From the NCBI GenBank assembly GCA_905178155.1, contig CAJINV010000007.1:229371-293370 (forward strand): DNA of 64,000 bases, read 5' to 3'. Source of the DNA: Amoebophrya sp. A120. Lineage: Eukaryota > Protista > Dinoflagellata. Position numbers and translations under genes: made by a program. Below, piece by piece: positions 1-10,400 of the stretch. Under the pieces are notes generated by a model. It worked only from the letters and a program-made list of their open reading frames with translations. It was not told the origin of the DNA and did no database searches. Within the stretch, counting starts at the first letter, position 1; each line of letters opens with the position of its first letter.

Positions 1-915
1 TCCGGGCGAAGAAATGGCCATACCGTCGGGGGAAAAACGGAGACCAAGAAACCCCGCTTGTGTCTCACAAAGAAAACTAGATTTTCCCCCGACCTGCATC
101 TCATTTCTTAGCCCTAAGCGGGGGTCTAGTGGTCCGGGCGAAGAAATGGCCATACCGTCGGGGGAAAAACGGAGACCAAGAAACCCCACCTGTGCCTCAC
201 AAAGAAAACAAGTTTTGCCCCCAACCTGCATCTCATTTCTTCGCCCTAAGCGGGGGTCTAGTGGTCCGGGCGAAGAAATGGCCATACCATCGGGGAAAAA
301 ACGGAGACCAAGAAACCCCGCTTGTGTCTCACAAAGAAAACAAGTTTTGCCCCCGACCTGAATCTCATTTCTTAGCCCTAAGCGGAAGTCTAGTGGTCCG
401 GGCGAAGAAATGGCCATACCCTCGGGGGAAAAACGGAGACCAAGAAGCCCCGCTTGTGTCTCACAAAGAAAGCAAGTTTTTCCCCCGACCTGCATCTCAT
501 TTCTTCGCCCTCAGCGGGGGTCTAGTGGTCCGGACGAAGAAATGGCCATACCCTCGGGGGAAAAACGGAGACCAAGAAACCCCGCTTGCGTATCACAAAG
601 AAAACAAGTTTTTCGCCCGACCTGCATCTCATTTCTTAGCCCTCAGCGGGGGTCTAGTGGTCCGGGCGAAGAAATGGCCATACCCTCGGGGGAAAAACGG
701 AGACCAAGAAACCCCGCTTGTGTCTCAGAAAGAAAACAAGTTTTTCCCCGGCCTAAATCTCATTTCTTCGCCCTACGCGGGGGTCTACTGGTCCAGGCTA
801 AGAAATGACCATACCCTCGGGGGAAAAACGAAGACCAAGAAACCCCGCTTGTGTCTCACAAAGAAAACAAGTTTTTCCCCCGATCTGATTCTCATTTCTT
901 AGCCCTAAGCGGGGG
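1..915. repeat. Tandem satellite, 132-bp unit, ~7 copies (continues off the left edge; degenerate copies to ~1240)
   Basis: ATGGCCATACC recurs every 132 bp (44-aa periodicity in the spurious ORFs). Each unit holds a hairpin CATTTCTT(C/A)GCCC...GGGCGAAGAAATG. Confidence 0.95.
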
Positions 916-2010
916 TCCTGTTCTTTTGCGCCAGGAGGAGGGGTTCATCTGTTGCCCTGACCACGGTATTGCGATTTCCTAGCCGTAGGCCCTGCGGCCT
1001 AAGAAATGGGTAAGAAACGCGACAGCCCTCGGGGGGAAAACACTACTTGGCCGCCCCCTGTTTGGCAAATAAGTGTGATCTATCTTTTTCCCCGACGGCG
1101 TTGCGATTTCTTAGCCGTCGCATCTGCGGACTAAGACATCGCTAAGAAATGAGAATGCAGTTGGGGCATGAAGAACACTACTTGCTCGCTCCTTCTTGGG
1201 CAAGCAAGTGCGATCTATCTTTTTCTTATGCTGAAACGAGAAGTTTCTAACATCATTCTTGACAAAGTCAAAAACATGACTTGTTATAAATCTATTCAAG
1301 CGTTTTTTTGCAAAAAACCGTTACCAAATTTTTTTAGGATGACCGAAGATATTTGGCTGGATTTAGACACGACGGCATTTAAGGGAATCGCATCAGGGTT
1401 GGTCTTCGTGGGTGTGGGTGTGAATGAACCATATTCAGCTAAAATGGATCTTCTTCCCGACGTTCTTGCTTTACCTCGATATCCATGTAGCTATAGCGCG
1501 CTTGAGTCTTTATCTATAATTTCGCAACTAAACGCTCTCTGACGTCCCAGAAGACCCTGCAATTCATCTGAAGAAGGTCGCTTCGACATTAACAGCACAT
1601 CCGCCTCATCGTCATCATTACACTTGCTCCTGGTTCTTGAAAAACCGTCACACCATCAAAAAACACGTGCTAGCACTCCGCTGCGCGCAGGCATTCATCG
1701 TTTCGACAGAAAAGTAAAGACTATACAACTGAAATCAAAATTTGGAGTCTCCCGTTCGATGTCGTGTTGTTACTTATTTCTATTGCGACGATGGGAACAG
1801 TGTTGACGTCAACTGATGTTCTTGGCCGCCGCGTGGTGCGCACACAGTACCCAGCGACTTCGAGGACACCGGCCCCGATGGCGGGTGGTCGACAAGTGGT
1901 CTACTAGATCATTTTCATTTCAAGTACAGCTTCTGAGTGTAGTAAAAAATACGAAGTCTCCTGCTGATTCCACGACACAGGCTTGCAGTTATTTTCTGCT
2001 TTCACACTTC

Positions 2011-5000
2011 TCAAGTCACCAGTTCGTACCCGTCATCATCAACAGCTTTGTAACGATTAGAAGCTTTCTTTGACGACCACGATGGAAACAGAGATAAAAA
2101 GCCGAACCGGTTCCATATACTCCAACTTGCTCCTTCCTCCCCAACATCTAAATTCCGCTGCTCGTTTTTCCAATCGTTCATTTTTTGGTGGGATCGCCGC
2201 GCGAACCAGGAAGATCCGACGCCGGCGAACCCGACCATTCCCAACGCGATCAGCACCAGTCCGAACTTGTGCTTCTGCTGTCGCTCGAACGACGCCGGCT
2301 GGAAATCGCGCATCGGATTGGACAGGTTTTCCCCGTACTTGGCTTTGAACCGGAGCAGCGGTGATCGCTCGTGCAGGGGTTTTTTCAAGCTGTCTATCCA
2401 AGAAAAAAAAAACTGTATCCGTGACAAATGGCCAGGAGCAGCTTTGGTTGAACCAAAGATGCTCCTGGCCAAAACAAAACACGGCCTAACTACTTGCCTT
2501 CCCCTCGAGGGGCTGCGGCACCCCTGCCACTCGGGCCTCAGGGGAGAAGGCGCGCAGTCCGCTCGTGTTTGAAAGTATGGCTTTGCAGCGAATTTGTCAT
2601 GCGCAAGACCAATAAACAACCAAAGCTGCTCCTGGCCAAACCGAAACACGACCTAACTACTTGCCTTCCCCAGGAGGAGCTGCGGCAGCCCTGCCGCTCG
2701 GGCCTCGGGGGGAAGGCGCGTAGTCCGGTCGTGTTTAAAAGTGAGGTCTTCAGTCAAATTTGTCATGCGCAAGACCAGTAGACAACCAAAACCACACATG
2801 GGCAAAACGAAACACGAGCTAACTGCTTGCCTTCCCCAGGAGGAGCTGCGGCACCCCTGCTACTCGGGCCTCGGGGGGAAGGCACGTAGTCCGCTCGTGT
2901 TTGGAAGTATGGTCTTGCAGCGAATTTGTCATGCGCAAGACCAATAGACAACCAAAGCCGCTCTTGGCCAAAACGAAACACGACCTAACTACTTGCCTTC
3001 CCCCCGAGGGGCTGCGGCACCCCTGCCACTCGGGCCTCGGGGGGAAGGCGCGTATTCCGCTCGTGTTTGGAAGTATGACCCTGCAGCGAATTTGTCATGC
3101 GCAAGACCAATAGATAACCAAAGCTGCTCCTGGCCAAAACAAAACACGACCTAACTACTTGCCTTCCCCTCGAGGGCCTGTGGCACCCCTGCCACTCGGG
3201 CCTCGAGGGGAAGGCGCGTATTCCGCTCGTGTTTGGAAGTATGATCTTGCAGAGAATTTGTCATGCGCAAGACCAATAGACACAATAGACAACCAAAGCC
3301 ACTCACGGTCAAAACGAAACACGACCTAACTACTTGCCTTCCCCAGGAGGAGCTGCGGCACCCCTGCTACTCGGGCCTCGGGGGGAAGGCGCGTAGTCCG
3401 CTCGTGTTTGAAAGTAAGGTCTTCAGTCAACTTTGTCATGCGCAAGACCAGTAGACAACCAAAACCACACATGGGCAAAACGAAACACGAGCTAACTACT
3501 TGCCTTCCCCAGGAGGAGCTGCGGCACCCCTGCTACTCGGGCCTCGGGGGGAAGGCGCGTAGTCCGCTCGTGTTTGAAAGTAAGGTCTTCAGTCAACTTT
3601 GTCATGCGCAAGACCAGTAGACAACCAAAACCACACATGGGCAAAACGAAACACGAGCTAACTGCTTGCCTTCCCCAGGAGGAGCTGCGGCACCCCTGCT
3701 ACTCGGGCCTCGGGGGGAAGGCACGTAGTCCGCTCGTGTTTGGAAGTATGGTCTTGCAGCGAATTTGTCATGCGCAAGACCAATAGACAACCAAAGCCGC
3801 TCTTGGCCAAAACGAAACACGACCTAACTACTTGCCTTCCCCCCGAGGGGCTGCGGCACCCCTGCCACTCGGGCCTCGGGGGGAAGGCGCGTATTCCGCT
3901 CGTGTTTGGAAGTATGACCCTGCAGCGAATTTGTCATGCGATAGACCAATAGATAACCAAAGCTGCTCCTGGCCAAAACAAAGCACGACCTAAGTACTTG
4001 CCTTCCCCTCGAGGGCCTGTGGCACCCCTGCCACTCGGGCCTCGAGGGGAAGGCGCGCACTCCGCTCGTGTTTGAAAGTATGATCTTGCAGAGAATTTGT
4101 CATGCGCAAGACCAATAGACAACCAAAGCCACTCACGGGCAAAACGAAACACGACCTAACTACTTGCCTTCCCCAGGAGGAGCTGCGGCACCCCTGCTAC
4201 TCGGGCCTCGGAGGGAAGGCGCGTAGTCCGCTCGTGTTTGAAAGTAAGGTCTTCAATCAAATTGGTCATGCGCAAGACCAATAAACAACCAAAGCCACTC
4301 ATGGGCAAAACGAAACACGACCTAACTACTTGCCTTCCCCAGGAGGAGCTACTACTCCTGCCGCCCGGGCCTCGGGGGGGAAGGCGCGTACTTCGCTCGT
4401 GTTTAAAAGTATGGTCTTCAGTCAAATTTGGGGGGAAGGCGCCTAGTTCGCTCGCGTTTTTCAAGAAAAAAAACTGTATCCGTAGCAGTGCATGACAGGA
4501 TTTCTCTGTAGTGTAGGTGTGCTGGGGTGACAGCATGACAAATTTGCTCTGCATTACAGAGAAATGCTGTCATGCACTTGCACTGGTAGTAGGAGAACAT
4601 ACGTATGAAAAAGAAAAGAGGACGCCGTGGCTGGCAAGGGCCAGCATGACAACTGTATGAACTGTTTTGCATTTTCTGCATCACAGACTTACACTTACAC
4701 GACACTTTTTTTCTTGCATACTGTCCCGTGCTTGTTGATCAGCAGTCAAACGGTTGAAGTCGTGACTCTTGTGTATCGTATTTAAAAACGTCCCCACCCC
4801 ATAGCTGTAATGCAAATCTGCATGCTGAAAATGTTTCTCATGCGGAGCCCCATGAGAAGCATTCTCTAGTCGTGTTTTGGAATTTGCCATGCTCCAATCA
4901 GCGCGATATACTAGATCTGTGATGCTGCTGTACTACCTCAAACAGCACTACACTACGAGGCCAAATTTGTCATGCAAAACATCCAAAGCTTGTGGATTTG

Positions 5001-6024
5001 TCTAGCCGATTCCCCATCTTGACTATGGTGTGGGGACGTTTTTACATAGGATATTGTGGTCCTGGAATTTATCTCTGTCCGTCGCGAGTCTCCTCCTTTT
5101 TGCGCTTTTCAGTTGCAGCTCCATCTCGTCTTTCGTCAGATGCCACCCGGACAAACGGCTGTTCCCGTCTTTCAGCTTGCTCCATTCCTTTCCGATATCC
5201 TCGAAGTAATCCAAAAATCGATTGTATGCGAAGGAAAAACTGTTACAGTTACACATTGTGTCGCAAGACCGGCAACACAGATAAGCTTTCTCATGCAGGA
5301 AATGCTTGGGAGCCTCGTTTCCTTCCTGTTTTTCCTTATGATCTTCGCGTTACAAGTTTTCCCTGCCACACAGAGAAAATTTGTGACGCTGAAACTCCAA
5401 CAAGTGTGTAACTGTAACACTTTTTTCTCGTGATAGATTGTAGCTGGTTGTGAACAAACTTCCAGCACTAGCGGAGATGTGTTTGAAGTCGACAGTTTTA
5501 TTTCTCGAGGAGAGAAATCCGCTTGTTCCCCTTCCATCCCCACGCGTTGATATAGTGCTTGTTGAAAATAAAGACAAGGCACTGTAGTTGCTCTTGCACC
5601 GCGCAAGCGAGGTTAATACCGCCTTGCGTTTACTGGCAATCGCGGAAGTCGTTCGTTTTTTTGCCGACAGGAGTGATTTGACGAACACTTCCTCGTAGAC
5701 GCGTTTGGGTATGTCCTCGGGCTTGCTGCGCTCTGGGTAGATCTCCTGAGAAAAAAGTGTTACAGCTATGCACTCTGATGGAAGACAAGCAAGACAGACG
5801 ACCTCTGTCATGCAGGAAATGCTGGCCAGCCTCATTTCATTCGTGTTTTCCCTTATAGTCTGCGCATCACAGGTCTTCTTTGCCATGTCGAGCAACTTTG
5901 TGATCCAGAAACTCGAACAAGTGTGTAACTGTAACACTTTTTTCGTTGGATAGTAGAGTCTCTCTCTCCAATGGATGGCTTTTTTCTTCGCCCACGCCTC
6001 GAGGTGCGGAAAGGAGCTGCTCAT
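2011..6024 (-). CDS. Spliced gene, ~321-aa hypothetical protein with a C-terminal transmembrane segment; 5 exons, 4 introners
   Basis: Exons 6024-5953, 5741-5436, 5224-5054, 4773-4721, 2394-2011. Removing each element plus one TSD gives in-frame joins RLY|PERS, TSYN|RFLD, FQDH|KSHD, ARDS|LKKP. Hydrophobic stretch FGLVLIALGMVGFAGVGSSWF. Start codon assumed. Confidence 0.85.
2395..4720. mobile_element. Introner family H (TATCCAAGAAAAAAA...TTTTTTTCTTG(G/C)ATA), expanded to 2.3 kb by an internal satellite
   Basis: Perfect TSD CTGTC (2390-94/4721-25); frame restored on removal. Other H members: 22648-22856, 28024-28232, 28533-28737, 31077-31282, 58837-59045. Confidence 0.9.
2423..4460. repeat. 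Tandem array, 166-bp unit, ~12 copies, with 839-bp higher-order periodicity, inside the introner
   Basis: TTTGTCATGCGCAAGACC recurs every ~166 bp. Identical spurious ORFs at 2763/3602 and a near-identical pair at 2901/3740 are 839 bp apart (5 units + 9-bp insertion). Confidence 0.95.
4774..5053. mobile_element. Introner family C (TATC-N4/5-TAAAAACGTCCCCACC...GGGACGTTTTT-N-GATA), ~280 bp
   Basis: TSD TTGTG. Other members: 18447-18728, 22348-22631, 24297-24575, 32623-32902, 52992-53233, 54178-54456, 55593-55871, 59404-59682, 61053-61327. Confidence 0.92.
5225..5435. mobile_element. Introner family D (TAT-N6-AAAAAAGTGTTACAGTTACAC...GTGTAACTGTAACACTTTTT), ~210 bp
   Basis: TSD GATTG. Other members: 5742-5952 (TSD GTAGA, left end TCT), 23915-24126, 32081-32471, 55912-56131. 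Confidence 0.92.
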
Positions 6025-9000
6025 TGTGGAAAGTTCATCTTCTTAGTTTCGGTCGCAATAGAAGTGGTCTAACTATTTTGTATAGCGCAAAAAAATCGCT
6101 GAACTTGTCGTTGACCTAAACCGACTGCGGGTGGGCAAATAAAAGACGAATAGAGAAGGTAGTTTCTCGCTCCTCGTTCTGGATTGGAATAATTACCGAA
6201 CCGCGAACAGAACCTGCCCCAATCCGCCACTGGTGGTCCCGACAAACATGTCGAATTAGCCCACTGGTGGCCCCGACCAACATGTCGAAGGAGCTTTCTC
6301 GAATTTAGATTTTTTTCGTCAGAATAAGACCACATCAAAGCTTTTGTTGCCAGGTTTGTAGAGAAATTTGGTCAATTGCAGCACAGGGATACTGAAGTAG
6401 TTCACACAACTGTTGTATTCAAAAGCATGCTAGAGTAAGTAGCATCTTCGTTTCCAAACACGCTATTAGTTTTAGTTGCCGAGTTAAGACAACTCATGGC
6501 ACTGCTTGTTGTGTATAGATCAAATAAAAAAGACCAACTCCTGCAGTTTGGCCTGCGAAGTTGCGCGAATTTAAGAATCGCAAACTTGCAATTTAGTGCA
6601 ATTTAGGGTGCAGCAAAACATGAATAAGAGTCATCATCCTTTGATTTTGGCTCGTAACTGGCCCGAGTAGTAGCTAAGAGAAAGTCACAACAAGCTTCGT
6701 CCAAGTTCTCGCACTCGGTTGTACTGCTCGTTCTTGTAAACTTACAAGTTTTTTGAGCTTGTTCTTTCTTGAGCTATGTACGCCCTCCAACCGTCATAGA
6801 CAGCCGCTTTTACCAAAACCTTTGTCTGCTTTCACCTTCTCAACCATTTTTTTCTCTGCCTCTACTCCATATTCGTCGGCGGTAAGTAGTTTTCTCCTGC
6901 TCAATATCAAGGCCGTGCGTGAATAAAGATTGTTCGACGACAGCTTGATAAGTAATTGGTCTATTCTTGCACCCTAAATTTTTTGCCACTGAGCTTTTCT
7001 TGTTCATTATATATGCGTCTAGAAGTAAGAGCATAGAAAATGAAAATTGCTCAGTCGGAGTCGCAGGCCTACATTATTTTTCTCATCTGCCAACTAACTC
7101 AATAGCTGCTATCATGTTCTTGCACTTATCCTTGGCCCGTTCATCGCGTGATAGCTGCTATGTTGCTTGAGTCCTTTCTTGCTGAATCTAAAATTTCTCC
7201 TGAACAAGCAGACGTGGTTCTATACTTCGATGTGTGCTCTTCTGAGTCCAAACTTTTTTTTCGTTTTGCATAACAGTAGAACCTCTCACATTTAGAAGAA
7301 CCTTGCTCGTTCTTTGTTGCTAGCCCCTTAGTTAGAAAAAGATGAATAAAGAAGTCGCTTTTGTAGTAAGTACCCAAAATTGAAATAGTGGTGGTTTGTT
7401 CTTCCGAAAGAACCTGTTGTAGCTAATAATCTGCAAGTTTGCCTTATGTTCGCTTGAGCAGCCACGAGTTGTATACTGCTGCGTCGCGGCCCTCATCTTA
7501 CGCTAAAAACTGAGAGCTTGAGTTGATCTAGACAACTCTGGGGATGAACAAGGGAAATAAAGTAGAGTAAACGCTACTGAAAAACTCCGTCCCAGGTCGT
7601 CGGAGCAAAAAATCCGGAAAAAAAACAACGTTTCTAGTACCGCTAAAAAGTAGAGCGCTCTTCGGCCCTCGCCGCTTGGCCTTCGCGTCTCAACAAGTAG
7701 CGGCGCTGTCTGTGCTGTTGCTTTGTCTTCACGGATTTATCACTCCATAGTTGTTGTCCCAGGTACTAAAAGCGAAGTGAAAAACTGAGGAGCTTGTAAG
7801 ACCTATCGAGGAGCTGTAGCAGTGGCGATACTATCGTGAAGGTCGAGAATGAATCTCGACTGTTTTGCTTTTTGTTTGTTTTAGTCGCAAAGCAACTCTA
7901 GTTGTACTCCCGTAATGTCAAAGGCTGTAAAAGAGTTTCGATTATCTTCGAGGCAAGCAGCTATTTCGTCTTAACAGATTTATTTAAGAATGAATGAGAA
8001 GCGATTTTTGTGAAATTTTTTTGACATGCGAGTTTTCGCTTCTGTTGCATTAACATTTACTCACAAAAAATCTGAACCTCCCGGTTCTGGCGTCTCTTTT
8101 CATCTTCGCCGGGTGAAATTTATTGTTGTTGCAGCCTCGAATATGTTTTAGTTGTGTGAAAACAAGAATAGAAATATAGACTCAGAAACCTTTAGCTGTA
8201 TTGGAAGTCAAAATCTATCTACGAGGAAACTCTATTCGATTTGTAACTGACTCGGTATTCTATGAAGAAACATGATAAAGTGCTTTTTGTTCTTGAACCC
8301 AAATATTCCTATGGTAATATGTTGTATAGCTTTTCTGTATGGAGGCATCTTCCTTCTGATGTGCCGCCTTTCTTGTGTCGAAGCAGTTTTTCTACTGTAG
8401 CAAGTTGATAAGATCGACTCCTCTTCGTGGTTTTGTTCCCGAACAAATTACCACCACAACAAGTCCTCGCTGTTATCATAGATTGTTGCAAATAAACAAA
8501 ACTGCGTCACAAAAAAAAACCTTGTCCGTTTCCCCGCCCGCAGGGAGCAAACTGGCTTTGCGACCGGGCTTCGACAATGGACAAAAAAGGTTCTTTCTGC
8601 TGCGCTTTTCCATCACAGACTTACAAAACCTGAGACAACAACGAGCAGTGTGGCGATGGTATAGTTTCCTCTTTGGCACAGCAACACCACTCAACTCTAT
8701 TTTCCATTCGACGGGAAAAAACTTCTATCTGCCCCTAAAAACAGGCTATCAACGGCTTTTAAGCTTCGTGCTCGCGGCAACTCAAAACCTTTGTGGTTCT
8801 AAATGAGCACGCTCGGAAAAAGTTTGGAATGAATTTGGATCAATGTATCTAGTTTCTACCATATCTATGATGATCCACCCGCCTATGGATTTTATTAGTA
8901 GTAGTAAAAAGGAGAAGCAAAGATGCGTATACAAGAATACTTCTCCCCTTGTCTAGTTGTTCAACTGTCACGGCATAACAAAATACCGCTGCCACGTCAG

Positions 9001-10400
9001 TCTTTTTGTGCTCTGTATCATGTTTCCCCACATAGTTTTTTTGTACTTACTGCTTTCGTGAGAGTTTCTGAAGTGCTAAATTTTTGTTCATTATCTCCGC
9101 AAAATCTGCGAAAGCTTTTGCCCATCATCCCCTTCGAACGGAGAAGATGAGAAAAAGCTCTCCGGTGGTGTTTAAGTAGAGGAGATAAAAGGCTGCATTA
9201 TTGTTTGGCTCTGTCGTGTGACATCAGATTGGAAGTGCTGTTTTTTTTTTAGATCTGGTACTAAAAGAATAGAAAATCATTCGTAAAGCCATCATTCGTG
9301 TAGTGCTGTCGTTGGTGAGATTGTCCTGTATGTAGCTTCAATGGGAGATAAAATCAGGAAAAAGTCGATAAAAACATCTTCAGGGTAGGCAATTAATAGA
9401 TTGTCTAGCTCATTTGACTTCTTGTTCTGGCAGGTATCGGTAGAGACGAGCTCAATTATCCCGTAGCAAACTTATTCCGCCATAGCATAGTCTGGCGCCG
9501 CATCGTATTTTTTTTTGTACTTGAGACTTCACTATGCCGCTTTGACAGGAGCCAGTCCGGCGTCGGAAAATAAGTTCTTGATACAAGAAAATAAACTCAG
9601 CCCGTTTAAGGTCTTGTCTAATCTAGGAAAAAAAGTGAAAATCTTTTCGATAAATTAAAGTATAGATCTTCCCGGGAGTATATTCTTGTTCGATTCCAGA
9701 TATTTAAAAAGAACTACATCAACGAAAAATCACTTCAATATTCGATGTCTGAACTTCCTCTAGCCATAATTTCTCAGCCTGTCGCTTTACCCTGGCGCTG
9801 CAGTTCTATTCTGGCATAATTCTGACACTTCGCTGGCCTTATCGGACGAAACGAAAGCCATTACAAACTACTACACTATGGCTTTATCTCTTCCTTAACT
9901 CTACTTTGGCCCCCTGCTTCTACTGGTGTGGTTTATTGTGTCTTGATCTTTTCACACACGATCAATTTACCGCAGGCAGCCAAAGGGAAGATTTTTGCAG
10001 CGAGTTGCATCATCGCTGAAATGTAAAAACGAAAAAAACGATCTTCAAATACAACCGTACAAACATTCCTCATTTTCGATAACTCTCTTTGCTATTAAGT
10101 CATAATCTTCCATAATGTCATAATGGCTCCATACTCGTCTAGGAAGCATGGCAGAAACGCCAAGTCAACTACATACCGTCTGCGACGACGTAACTGCGGT
10201 CGTTTTGTTACACGTTGACTATGTAGCAGCTTCCGGTTTGGTGTATTTTTATCGTATGAAATAAGATCGAGAAACAATAAAATTGAATCGGAATATATTG
10301 TCGAAACCAAAATCAAACCACTTCTTGTACAAAAGGATTCTATTTATAGATTTTTTACTTATCATTTTCCTTTTCGGATAAAAATTTTCAAGGACCGACC

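Noticed and set aside
14-4554. Repetitive ORFs (MAIPSGEKRR..., MRKTNRQPKP...)
   Set aside because: They are by-products of the 132-bp and 166-bp satellites.
4774-5053. Tc1/mariner-type TA target duplication for the elements
   Set aside because: TA is part of the TAT/ATA termini. The duplicated host sequence is the 5 bp outside, and the frame is restored only by removing both TAs plus 5 nt.
6644-6653. ATTTTGGCTC as a dinoflagellate spliced-leader relic
   Set aside because: Only 10 nt, on the strand opposite the genes; compatible with chance.
6069-10400. Short ORFs in the AT-richer tracts (also 37.5-41.3 kb and 1.1-2.0 kb)
   Set aside because: No recognisable motifs or consistent frame; treated as intergenic/UTR, though decayed coding sequence cannot be excluded.
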